Positions 8,472-16,460 of a DNA stretch of 32,000 nt are shown piece after piece. The position numbers were made by a program, and so were the translations under genes. Every line of letters begins with the position of its first letter. The first letter of the stretch is position 1. The stretch comes from an uncultured archaeon (GTDB lineage Archaea > Iainarchaeota > Iainarchaeia > Iainarchaeales > DATDZZ01), in NCBI GenBank assembly GCA_964373795.1, contig CAYJVY010000009.1, positions 30,001 to 62,000 on the forward strand, in the 5' to 3' direction. The notes below the pieces were generated by a model. The model made no database searches, was not told the origin of the DNA, and was given only the letters and a program-made list of their open reading frames with translations.

Positions 8472-8629
8472 GTCATCGGTTTCTAAATCAAAATAAGTTC
8501 TTTGACTGTAATCCCATAATAATTCAAATTGTTCTCTTGGAATTTGAGTATCATCTAAGTCTAAAATTTTTTCGGCAAGATGCCTAAATTTCTCTGCAAG
8601 CCTTGAAAATATGTTTTATCACCTTTTAT

Positions 8630-9124
8630 TTAAGAAATTTTTGATAGGCCTAACCTTTTTAAAACACTGTATTTTGATTCATTTTTTTTCTCTAAAGCAT
8701 CTTGTAAAGCTTCCAAAGCATATTTTGAATCAAATGCATTTACTTTAATTGAAGTAAATTCTTTTTTCGAAATTGATTTATTTAAGAGGATTTTTTCATT
8801 AAATGCTGTGATTAAATCCATTTGCTGAGTTGACAAAAAATAAATATCAATTATTGCATTGGAAGCACCAAAACCATTAAAAATCATTGGCAATGCTTTG
8901 TCTCCAAAGAATTGCTTTGAGTATTTTAAGTAATCATATATTGCGCCAATGATTTCTCCTTTTTTTAAAAAAATTAATGCTTCTTCTAATCCGTCAAATC
9001 CTTCAATTGTTGCAACAATGTATCCTGTGAACACTACATCACTTAATTCATTTAGTTTTGACACTAAATTAAAATTCTTTAAAAGCAATCCTTCTTCTCT
9101 TGCAGTTCCAGTCGGTAAATTCAT
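8630..9124 (-). CDS. Conserved hypothetical protein, weakly PATAN/DUF4388-like
   Basis: 164 aa. FTGYIVATIEGFDGLEEALIFLKKGEIIGAIYDY...GDKALPMIF resembles the PATAN-type pattern. The assignment is by eye only. Confidence 0.45.
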   Translation of the reverse strand: MNLPTGTAREEGLLLKNFNLVSKLNELSDVVFTGYIVATIEGFDGLEEALIFLKKGEIIGAIYDYLKYSKQFFGDKALPMIFNGFGASNAIIDIYFLSTQQMDLITAFNEKILLNKSISKKEFTSIKVNAFDSKYALEALQDALEKKNESKYSVLKRLGLSKIS

Positions 9125-9203
9125 AAAATCAATAAAAGTAATGCTTTTGCAGTTTTTATTTGTAACGCTTTCAAAAAAAGTTTTAATTATTTTCCTTTAA
9201 ATT

Positions 9204-10250
9204 TTATGAATTCAATTTTTTTAATGCTTCAACTGCATCTTTGCGAACCTCTTCACTTTCATCTTTCAACAATTCTTTAATGAATGTAATACTTCTTTTT
9301 GAATCTAAAGCTCCTAAAGTGTGAACTGCTTGAGCTCTTACCTCTGCGTTTTCATCTTTCAATCTTTCTTCAATTAATAGAATACTTTTATGTGAATTCA
9401 TTAATCCTAAAAGTTCCACAGCAATAACTCGAATAAATGGAATTGAAATGTTTAGCAAGCCTTCAACAATTGGAGTGAAAAGCAATAATTTAATTAACTC
9501 AAATAAATCCTCTGATTGCATACTTTTTGTTATTAGGTATTTTCTTTCCGATTCAAGTTTTTTTAACGTCTGCTCTGTTTCCATTCTAACATTTTCATCT
9601 CCATCTTTCAATCTTTTTTCTATTAATGGAATACTATGAATTGAATTAAGTTCCCTTAAAGCGTTAATTGCATTATTTCGAACCTCTGCAGAAGAATCTT
9701 TCAATCTTTTTTCAATTAATGGAATACTTTTAATTGCATTTAAATTTTTTAATGCAGATACTGCAGCTTCGCGAACTATGGATTCAGGGTCTTTAAGCAT
9801 TTCTTCAATTAATGGAATATTTTTTTCATTTTGAGATTTTCCTAATGCATATATAGCATTGCATCTAGACATCATTCCTTTTTCTTGTAACATTTCTTTT
9901 AGTAATGGATTATCTTTAGTGTAATCAAACTGTCCCAAGGTTTGAGCTGCTTGTCCTCTAATGGTTTCATCTGGGTCTTCTAATAACTTTTCAATATTTG
10001 GAATGCTTTTAGTATATCTTAACCTAGACAAAGCGAACAATGCATTCAATCTAACATTTCCGTCTTTATCCCGCAATAGATTTTCAATTAAATCACCACT
10101 TTTTAGTTTTAGTCTTTGAAATAAAAGAACCCCTTTTAACCTATTTCTTGCATTAGAGTCAATTAGCATTTTTTTTAATTGCTGAATATCTTTTGATTCA
10201 TTAAATAAATTAGGGTCAACTTTTGGCGACTCTATTTTTCTTGATTTCAT
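9204..10250 (-). CDS. HEAT-repeat (PBS-lyase type) protein
   Basis: About 9 tandem ~31 aa units of the form IPxLxxxLxDxxxxVRxxAxxALxxL, e.g. IPLIEKRLKDSSAEVRNNAINALREL and IPLIEKRLKDGDENVRMETEQTL. Confidence 0.85.
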   Translation of the reverse strand: MKSRKIESPKVDPNLFNESKDIQQLKKMLIDSNARNRLKGVLLFQRLKLKSGDLIENLLRDKDGNVRLNALFALSRLRYTKSIPNIEKLLEDPDETIRGQAAQTLGQFDYTKDNPLLKEMLQEKGMMSRCNAIYALGKSQNEKNIPLIEEMLKDPESIVREAAVSALKNLNAIKSIPLIEKRLKDSSAEVRNNAINALRELNSIHSIPLIEKRLKDGDENVRMETEQTLKKLESERKYLITKSMQSEDLFELIKLLLFTPIVEGLLNISIPFIRVIAVELLGLMNSHKSILLIEERLKDENAEVRAQAVHTLGALDSKRSITFIKELLKDESEEVRKDAVEALKKLNS

Positions 10251-10291
10251 TTATTTAATTAGTTTTAACTCGAATAAAAGCTTTTGCAAGA

Positions 10292-10756
10292 TTATTTTCC
10301 TAAAACTATTACTTGATCTGCAGTGTTTTTCAATGCTACTGCGGAGGCTTCTTCAGCTAATACTACTATTGTTTCTTTTCCGTATTGCTTGGCTTTAACA
10401 ATTGAAGGCAAGAAATCAGAATCCCTTGTTACAACTGCTATTACTTCAATTGATGGATTGAAAATTGTCTCAGTTACTTCTACAGCCATTGCAACATCTA
10501 CGTCTCCAACAGTTATAATTGATTCAAATCCTTGATTGACTACTGCTTCAACTAATTTGTTTGAAGCATATTGGTTTAGAAAAACTTTGCCTATTTTTAT
10601 TACTCCAAATTTTTTAACTGCCTTAGTAATGTCTTCTAAATTAATTCCTAGTTCTTTTCGCAAAATATTTGGACCATCAACAAAAACTGCAATGCTTTTG
10701 CTTTTCTTTTGCAGAGAAATTACTTCTTGAAGCTTTTTTTTAACTGATTCAAACAA
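10292..10756 (-). CDS. NYN-domain (LabA/DUF88-like, TIGR00288-type) predicted RNase
   Basis: IAVFVDGPNILRKE...GDVDVAMAVE...VTRDSDFLPSIVKAKQYGKETIVV matches the archaeal TIGR00288/NYN pattern. Confidence 0.82.
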   Translation of the reverse strand: MFESVKKKLQEVISLQKKSKSIAVFVDGPNILRKELGINLEDITKAVKKFGVIKIGKVFLNQYASNKLVEAVVNQGFESIITVGDVDVAMAVEVTETIFNPSIEVIAVVTRDSDFLPSIVKAKQYGKETIVVLAEEASAVALKNTADQVIVLGK

Positions 10757-10850
10757 TTAAATCCACTTTAATAAAAGTATACTATTTTTTGCTGCTATTC
10801 TGTTAAAAATTTAATGTTATTCTTGAATGCTTTTTTTGCAGGAAAAGATA

Positions 10851-10857
10851 TTTAAAT
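10851..10857 (+). promoter_or_regulatory. TATA-box candidate (TTTAAAT) for aIF5A
   Basis: It sits in the divergent intergenic region, preceded by purine-rich GAAAAGATA. GGTGA at 10908-10912 then precedes ATG 10917. Confidence 0.4.
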
Positions 10858-10916
10858 CAATCTTTGTTTTATTCATTAAATAAGATTACTTTTTGATGAA
10901 TTTCTTTGGTGAATTT

Positions 10917-11312
10917 ATGGCTGTAGAAGAAAAAAAATTTGTTGAAATAGGACAGTTAAAAGAAGGGGGATATGTTTTAATTGATGGAATTGCTTGTCAA
11001 ATAAAGTCTTTTGATAAATCCAAGCCTGGAAAACACGGAGCTGCAAAAGCAAGAATTGTTGCAGTAGGAGTTTTTAATGCCCAGAAAAAAAATTTATTAA
11101 AACCAGTTTCAGCTGAAGCTGAAGTTCCAATAATTAAAAAAGGCACTGCTCAAGTAGTTGCAGTAATGGGGGAGGTTGTTCAAATAATGGATACAACTTC
11201 TTATGAAACATTTGATGTAAAAAAACCCAAAGAAATTGAAGACCTTCAATCCGGAACTGAAATTGAATACAATCAATATGGTTCTGAACTAATGATTGTA
11301 AGAAAAAGATAA
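10917..11312 (+). CDS. eif5a: Translation initiation factor 5A (aIF5A)
   Basis: It contains the hypusination loop SKPGKHGAAKARIVAVG. The track ORF starts at TTG 10893, but ATG 10917 has a GGTGA SD 4 nt upstream and gives a typical ~131 aa protein. Confidence 0.92.
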   Translation: MAVEEKKFVEIGQLKEGGYVLIDGIACQIKSFDKSKPGKHGAAKARIVAVGVFNAQKKNLLKPVSAEAEVPIIKKGTAQVVAVMGEVVQIMDTTSYETFDVKKPKEIEDLQSGTEIEYNQYGSELMIVRKR

Positions 11313-11329
11313 TTCTATTTTTATTTTCA

Positions 11330-12088
11330 GTGACTTTAATGAATCTAGTATTAGTTGAATCAAGTCAGGGTTGCCTGGATAAAAATATTGGAACAGAACT
11401 AGCTCCTAGAAAAATTTTAAAACAATTAAATTCTTCTCTTTTGGAAAAACATTTAGAAATAGAAATTCCTGTAAGCATTAATTCTTTTGAAGAAACCCTT
11501 GAAAGCATTGAATTTAATTCTGCAAGATTAGAAGGCAAAAATGTTTTCATTGGAGGTGATCAATCTATTTCTTTTGCTTTATTCAAAGCTTTAAAGAAAA
11601 AAATTATTGAAAAAAGCATTGGATTAATTGTTTTCGATTCTACTTCAAATCTTATTAATAGTTCTTTTCCTCCAAGCAATGAAAACTGGCTTAGAGTTTT
11701 AATTGAAAAAGGTGCTTTGAATTCAAACAATCTTTTATTAATGGGCTTGCAAGCATTTTCTTCAACTGAAGAAGAATTCATTAAAGAAAAAAATCTTTCA
11801 ATTATTTCTTGTAAAGAAATATTTGAAGAAAAAGAAAAAGTAAAACAAAAACTTCAAGAATTTTTAAATAAATTTGATTTCTTTTATTGTTCAATTGATT
11901 TAAACCTCTTTTATTCGGCAGAAAATGGTTTAAGTGTAGAACAATTTTTTGAATTACTTGGTTTAATTCTTTTTTCTAAAAAAGTTCGAGACTTTGATTT
12001 AGTTGAAGCAAACCCTTTAAAAGATGAAGAAAACAAAACCATTCTCATTGCAGCAAAAATACTTGAAAAAATTCTTAACTCAAATTGA
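11330..12088 (+). CDS. Arginase/agmatinase-fold protein with degenerate metal-binding motifs (probable pseudoenzyme)
   Basis: Family motifs are recognisable but mutated: GGDHS is GGDQS, DAHxD is DSTSN, and SxDxDxxDP is SIDLNLFYS. The C-terminal DFDLVEANPLKD is retained. The position next to aIF5A is the usual speB position. Confidence 0.65.
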   Translation: MTLMNLVLVESSQGCLDKNIGTELAPRKILKQLNSSLLEKHLEIEIPVSINSFEETLESIEFNSARLEGKNVFIGGDQSISFALFKALKKKIIEKSIGLIVFDSTSNLINSSFPPSNENWLRVLIEKGALNSNNLLLMGLQAFSSTEEEFIKEKNLSIISCKEIFEEKEKVKQKLQEFLNKFDFFYCSIDLNLFYSAENGLSVEQFFELLGLILFSKKVRDFDLVEANPLKDEENKTILIAAKILEKILNSN

Positions 12089-12096
12089 TTTGAAAC

Positions 12097-14217
12097 TTAG
12101 TTTAAAAACTTGTATTTTCCGCCACAAAATTTTATTATTAGTTCAAGTGTTTCTAAAACAATTTTTTTCAATTTCTGGCCTTTGAGTTGGGAATTACCCA
12201 TAAAACACATTAAAACGCTTCTAGTGTGTTGATTAACCTTTGAAACCTCTGATTGTTTAGTTAACCAACGAGTGATAACCTCTTTATTGGAGTCAACCAA
12301 AATTATTTCTCCAGGAAAAATTTTTACTCTTTCTTGCGAGCCTACTGGAGTGAATTTTTCTTGTCCGATTGCCTTTCTTAAAAAAACTTTTCCAAAAACC
12401 TTTTTCCTATCATATGCTCCAATAACTAATCCATACTCTAAAGACTTCAAATTATAGCAATCAGTAACAGTGTTAATGTTAGGCAGTTTACTACTTTCTT
12501 GAAATTGTTGTAACAAGTTATCAACTGAAACAAGTTCTCCTCTGTCTTTTTCTCCAAGATTTTTTCTATATTCTTCTACATGCAGTGATTTGGAAATTTT
12601 TGTTGCATCAATTTTTGAAAAAAAATCTTTTTTAAATCTCTCTAAAGACATGGATTTTGATTGAACGTTTAATCCATTCACTTGCACTACAAAAAATTCT
12701 TCATTAACTTTTGAATCTTTTTCGAATTCAAGCCAAGGAAATTCTTTTTCCTCTAATTGTTTTGCATCAAGTTTTTTGAATAAAATTTCTCCTTTGCTTA
12801 TTTTAGTTCCTGCTTTCAATGAATTAAATTTGCAGTCAGAAATGCTTCCAAGTTTAACGCCTAGTTGTTCGCAGATTTTTTCACTTGTTGAAGGCATTAC
12901 AGGATAAACTAGTATTGCAATTATTTTAATTGAATCAGCTAAAGAGTATAACACATTGTCTAATTCTTTTCCTTTTAATTTCCAAGGCTCTTTTTCGTTA
13001 ACAAATTTATTGCATGCATTAATGAAATGCCAGATTTCACTTAAAGCGTTATGAATTTCAAGTGACTGCATTAATTGTTTTATTTTTTCTAAATGCAATT
13101 CTTTTTGCAGTTCTTCGCTTGCCTTTCCTGCAGGAATGTTTTCTCCATTTTTTTCAATTAAACTTAAAACCCTGCTTACAAGGTTTCCTAAATCGTTTGC
13201 TAATTCATTGTTTAGTCTTTCAATTATTCCTGTTTCGGAAAAATTTCCGTCTTGGCCAAAAGGGATTTCTCTAACCAAAAAATATCTTAATGCATCTACT
13301 CCATAAATTTCGGTTAAATAATTTGGGTCAACTACATTGCCTAGAGATTTACTCATTTTTTGTCCATTGACTGTTAAAAATCCGTGAGAGTAAACTGTTT
13401 TAGGGATTTTATATCCTGCACTCATTAACATTGCAGGCCATTGAATGCAGTGAAATTTTTGAATATCTTTTCCCACTATATGTAAATCTGCTGGCCAAAA
13501 TTTTTTTTCATCCCCTGAAACATAATTAACTAAAGCGTCAAACCAAACCCATATTTTGTGAGAAGAATCAATTGGAACATTTATTCCCCATTCAAGGTTT
13601 GGCCTTGAAATACTTAAATCTTTTAATCCTGATTTAATAAAGTTAATTATTTCATTTCTTCTTTGCTCTGGTTGAACAAATTCGGGGTTTTCTTCAATTA
13701 ATTTTAATAGCCTGTCTTGATATTTTGATAACTTGAAAAAATAGTTTTCTTCAGAGATTTCTTCAGGAGCTTTTTTATGTAAAGGACATTTTCCTTTAAC
13801 TAAATCTAATTCCATTAAAAAAGCTTCACAGCCTTTACAGTAAAATCCTTTATAATTTCCTTTGAAAATATCTCCTGCATTAAATACTTTCATGAAAAAC
13901 TCTGTTACAACTTTTTTATGCTGTTCTTCGGTTGTTCGAATAAATCTGTCAAAAGAAATGTTCAAGTTTTTCCAAGTTTTAATCCATTTTCCAGCCATTG
14001 AATTAGAGTAGGCTTGAATGTCTTCAAATCCTTGTTTTTTTGCTGCTTCAACTGTTTTACTTGCATTTTCATCTAATCCAGTTAAATAAAACACTTCTTC
14101 TCCTAACAAGCGATGCCATCGAGCTATGACGTCTGCAATAATCGTAGTGTAAGCACTTCCAACGCTTGGCACATCATTAATGTAATAAATAGGTGTTGTA
14201 ACAAAAAATTTTTTCAT
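12097..14217 (-). CDS. metG: Methionyl-tRNA synthetase with appended C-terminal B3/4-like domain
   Basis: TTPIYYINDVP..AYTTIIADVIARWHRL, the zinc knuckle CKGC...CPLH and KMSKSLGNVV match MetRS. Residues ~490-706 carry INTVTDCYNLKSLEYGLVIGAYD...GEIILVDSNKEVITRW, which is B3/4-like. Confidence 0.92.
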   Translation of the reverse strand: MKKFFVTTPIYYINDVPSVGSAYTTIIADVIARWHRLLGEEVFYLTGLDENASKTVEAAKKQGFEDIQAYSNSMAGKWIKTWKNLNISFDRFIRTTEEQHKKVVTEFFMKVFNAGDIFKGNYKGFYCKGCEAFLMELDLVKGKCPLHKKAPEEISEENYFFKLSKYQDRLLKLIEENPEFVQPEQRRNEIINFIKSGLKDLSISRPNLEWGINVPIDSSHKIWVWFDALVNYVSGDEKKFWPADLHIVGKDIQKFHCIQWPAMLMSAGYKIPKTVYSHGFLTVNGQKMSKSLGNVVDPNYLTEIYGVDALRYFLVREIPFGQDGNFSETGIIERLNNELANDLGNLVSRVLSLIEKNGENIPAGKASEELQKELHLEKIKQLMQSLEIHNALSEIWHFINACNKFVNEKEPWKLKGKELDNVLYSLADSIKIIAILVYPVMPSTSEKICEQLGVKLGSISDCKFNSLKAGTKISKGEILFKKLDAKQLEEKEFPWLEFEKDSKVNEEFFVVQVNGLNVQSKSMSLERFKKDFFSKIDATKISKSLHVEEYRKNLGEKDRGELVSVDNLLQQFQESSKLPNINTVTDCYNLKSLEYGLVIGAYDRKKVFGKVFLRKAIGQEKFTPVGSQERVKIFPGEIILVDSNKEVITRWLTKQSEVSKVNQHTRSVLMCFMGNSQLKGQKLKKIVLETLELIIKFCGGKYKFLN

Positions 14218-14229
14218 TAAAATTCAACC

Positions 14230-14691
14230 TTAATTGTATTTTCCGTTGCAAGTAATTGACATAACTCTATTTGATTGAGCAATTGTTACAGCATCATCTC
14301 CAAATTCATCAAAGGTTAACTGAATTTCATTTTTATATGTTAAACCTTCTTTCCCACTTTTAAGTATTGCTGTAACAGTATTTTCATCTCCTGCAATAAA
14401 AAGTGTTGCAGGATTTAAAGTTTTTTCAATATTTGCTGAAACATCTTTTACTTTTGTTACTTGAATCTTGTGTGAAAGAATATTTGAAAAAGTTAAACCA
14501 AAATTTCCATCAACCCTATATATATGTGATTTGTAAACAAATTTTGAAGGAAAACCAGTGCATAACTCAATATTTCCACCTAAATTAAATAAACCTAAAT
14601 ACCCTAGAATTCCAATTATAATTACTATTACAACTAATGCCCATCCATAAGTCATTAAGTATTCCAAAGCTGATTGTGCTTTTTCATTCAT
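14230..14691 (-). CDS. Archaeal type IV pilin-like protein (class III signal peptide), paralog A
   Basis: MNEKA|QSALEYLMTYGWALVVIVIIIGILGYLG is a class III signal peptide. The two Cys (ELCTG, ITCNGKY) are conserved with 15898..16365. Confidence 0.82.
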   Translation of the reverse strand: MNEKAQSALEYLMTYGWALVVIVIIIGILGYLGLFNLGGNIELCTGFPSKFVYKSHIYRVDGNFGLTFSNILSHKIQVTKVKDVSANIEKTLNPATLFIAGDENTVTAILKSGKEGLTYKNEIQLTFDEFGDDAVTIAQSNRVMSITCNGKYN

Positions 14692-14819
14692 TTAATCACT
14701 TTCCATTACATCTTTAATGAATTATAATTAATTACAGTTTATGTTTTTAATGTTTCCATTAAATTTAAAACCGTCAAGTTTTTATTTAAGTTAATATCTT
14801 AATTTATTGATAAATTTAA

Positions 14820-15062
14820 TTGGTGAAATATTTGACTAATTTTGTTAAATTATTTTTACGAGGGACTTTTTTTTTCCTTATTGGAACTGCTTTAATGACT
14901 TTATTTTTGTTTTCTTTACTTGAAGGATTGCAAAACCATTTTAATAGGAGTCTTCCTTTAACCTTTGTTTATTATTTTTTGGCTGTTTTTTCTTTTATTG
15001 CAGCTTTTGTTTTATATTTAGAGGCAAAGCAAATGTTTTATTTTGCAAAACTATCCAAATAA
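14820..15062 (+). CDS. Small two-TM membrane protein, hypothetical
   Basis: 80 aa with two hydrophobic helices. It ends 9 nt before the KaiC-like gene. The start (TTG 14820 or GTG 14823) is uncertain. Confidence 0.4.
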   Translation: MVKYLTNFVKLFLRGTFFFLIGTALMTLFLFSLLEGLQNHFNRSLPLTFVYYFLAVFSFIAAFVLYLEAKQMFYFAKLSK

Positions 15063-15071
15063 GGTGATTTA

Positions 15072-15773
15072 ATGAACAGACTAGTAATTGAAAGAACTAA
15101 GACAGGTGTTCTAGGATTTGATAAGTTACTTGGCGGAGGAATTCCAAGAGGAAACCTTGTAGTACTAGCAGGTGATCCTGGATCTGGGAAAACCATTTTC
15201 AGTATTCAGTTTTTATATGAAGGAATAATGCAATTTAAAGAACCAGGAATTTTTATTAGTTTAGAGGAATCTCCTGACACAATTATTAAAACTGCTGCTC
15301 TTTTTGGATGGGATTTAAATCCATTAATTGAAAAAGGATTGCTAAAAATTTACACAATAGAGTTATATGATTTTGATAAACTGAAAAACACTATTGAAGA
15401 CTTGATTTCTTCAATTGAAGCTAAAAGACTTGTACTAGATCCAGGAGTAATTTTTAGATTATTCTTTGAAAGAGAATTAGAGGCAAGAAAAAGAATTCTT
15501 TCACTTGGAAAACTAATTAAAAAACTGAATTGCACTACAGTTATAACAAATGAAATTGCTTTAGATCAACAGCAATCCTTGTTTGGTTTAGAAGAATACG
15601 TTGCAGATGGAGTAATTCTCTTATTTCACACTCGCTTAGGAAACAAATATGTTAGATCAATTGGAATTCTGAAAATGAGAGGCACAGACATAACTGAAAA
15701 AATTCATTCAGTTCAAATAACTAAAAACGGTATAAACATTTCAAGCGGCAGACCAATATTCGAAGAACTTTAA
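15072..15773 (+). CDS. Single-domain KaiC/RecA-superfamily ATPase (ArlH/FlaH-like)
   Basis: It has GFDKLLGGGIPRGNLVVLAGDPGSGKT (Walker A), RLVLDPG (Walker B-like) and GILKMRG. The 233 aa length matches ArlH-type proteins. An AGGTGA SD lies 4 nt upstream. Confidence 0.8.
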   Translation: MNRLVIERTKTGVLGFDKLLGGGIPRGNLVVLAGDPGSGKTIFSIQFLYEGIMQFKEPGIFISLEESPDTIIKTAALFGWDLNPLIEKGLLKIYTIELYDFDKLKNTIEDLISSIEAKRLVLDPGVIFRLFFERELEARKRILSLGKLIKKLNCTTVITNEIALDQQQSLFGLEEYVADGVILLFHTRLGNKYVRSIGILKMRGTDITEKIHSVQITKNGINISSGRPIFEEL

Positions 15774-15802
15774 TTCATCGGTAAAAAACGAAATTATTAC
15801 TC

Positions 15803-15819
15803 TTTTTTTATTTTTTTTT
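15803..15819 (+). terminator. Oligo-T terminator candidate (T7 A T9)
   Basis: Two long T runs lie 30-45 nt after the stop of 15072..15773. Archaeal RNA polymerase terminates at oligo-T. Confidence 0.45.
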
Positions 15820-15846
15820 AAAGCAATACATTTAAATATTCTTAAT

Positions 15847-15858
15847 CTTTTTATATAG
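15847..15858 (+). promoter_or_regulatory. TATA-box candidate (CTTTTTATATAG) plus AGGAGGT SD (15884-15890) for pilin B
   Basis: The A/T box lies about 25 nt upstream of the SD region, and the SD lies 7 nt before ATG 15898. Confidence 0.45.
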
Positions 15859-15897
15859 TAGTTAAAATATTGTTACAAGTTTTAGGAGGTAAAATGG

Positions 15898-16365
15898 ATG
15901 TTTAAACAAAAAGGTCAATCTGCTCTTGAGTATTTAATGACTTATGGATGGGCATTAGTAGTAATTGTTGTAGTAATTGGAGTTCTAGGTTTTTTAGGAG
16001 TATTCAATTTAGGTGGAACAATTGAATCTTGTACTGGAATGCCTTCTCAATTTCAATACTCGGCTCATAGATATAAAGCTGATGGAAACTTTATGTTAAC
16101 TTTTAATAATGGTTCAAATTATGATGTAAATGTTACTGCTTTAAGTGTTGGAGGAACATCCAAGACTCTTTCTCCAGCTGTGCAATTAGCTAAAGGAAAA
16201 GCTGGAACAGTTGGTTCTGGTGGTTATAAAACTGGGACAAGTGGAACTTCTTACAAAGTTGATGTAACCCTTACTTATGATGGATTAAAAGATGATGGAA
16301 CTATTGAACCAACTCAAGGCGCAAAAAAAGTTACAGGCGTGCAGTGTACAGGTAAATACGAGTAA
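15898..16365 (+). CDS. Archaeal type IV pilin-like protein (class III signal peptide), paralog B
   Basis: MFKQKG|QSALEYLMTYGWALVVIVVVIGVLGFLG is a class III signal peptide. Conserved Cys are at ESCTG and VQCTGKYE. It has the strongest SD in the window, which suggests a major subunit. Confidence 0.85.
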   Translation: MFKQKGQSALEYLMTYGWALVVIVVVIGVLGFLGVFNLGGTIESCTGMPSQFQYSAHRYKADGNFMLTFNNGSNYDVNVTALSVGGTSKTLSPAVQLAKGKAGTVGSGGYKTGTSGTSYKVDVTLTYDGLKDDGTIEPTQGAKKVTGVQCTGKYE

Positions 16366-16373
16366 ATTTTTTT

Positions 16374-16410
16374 GAATAGAACTTTTGTTCTATTCTATTC
16401 TTTTTCTTTT
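16374..16410 (+). terminator. Hairpin plus T-tract terminator candidate
   Basis: GAATAGAAC-TTTT-GTTCTATTC forms a 9 bp stem (16374-16395), followed by TATTCTTTTTCTTTT. Confidence 0.5.
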
Positions 16411-16422
16411 TAATTCGATTGC

Positions 16423-16430
16423 TTTAAATA
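16423..16430 (+). promoter_or_regulatory. TATA-box candidate (TTTAAATA) for 16461..16922
   Basis: It lies 31 nt upstream of the ATG. Confidence 0.4.
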
Positions 16431-16460
16431 CTTCTTACATATTTATTATTTTGATTTTTT

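Noticed and set aside
10893-10916. N-terminal extension of aIF5A from TTG 10893 or ATG 10896 (MMNFFGEF)
   Set aside because: GGTGA at 10908-10912 lies inside this extension at ideal spacing for ATG 10917, and the shorter product matches normal aIF5A length. Similar track-start extensions were trimmed for 21994..22899 (to 22872) and 23800..24897 (to 24873), because the class III signal motif begins at the internal Met.
14866-14876. T10 homopolymer inside the 80 aa ORF as a phase-variation switch for the pilus ATPase partner
   Set aside because: Long A/T homopolymers are common throughout this AT-rich window, including inside essential genes. There is no evidence of length heterogeneity from a single sequence.
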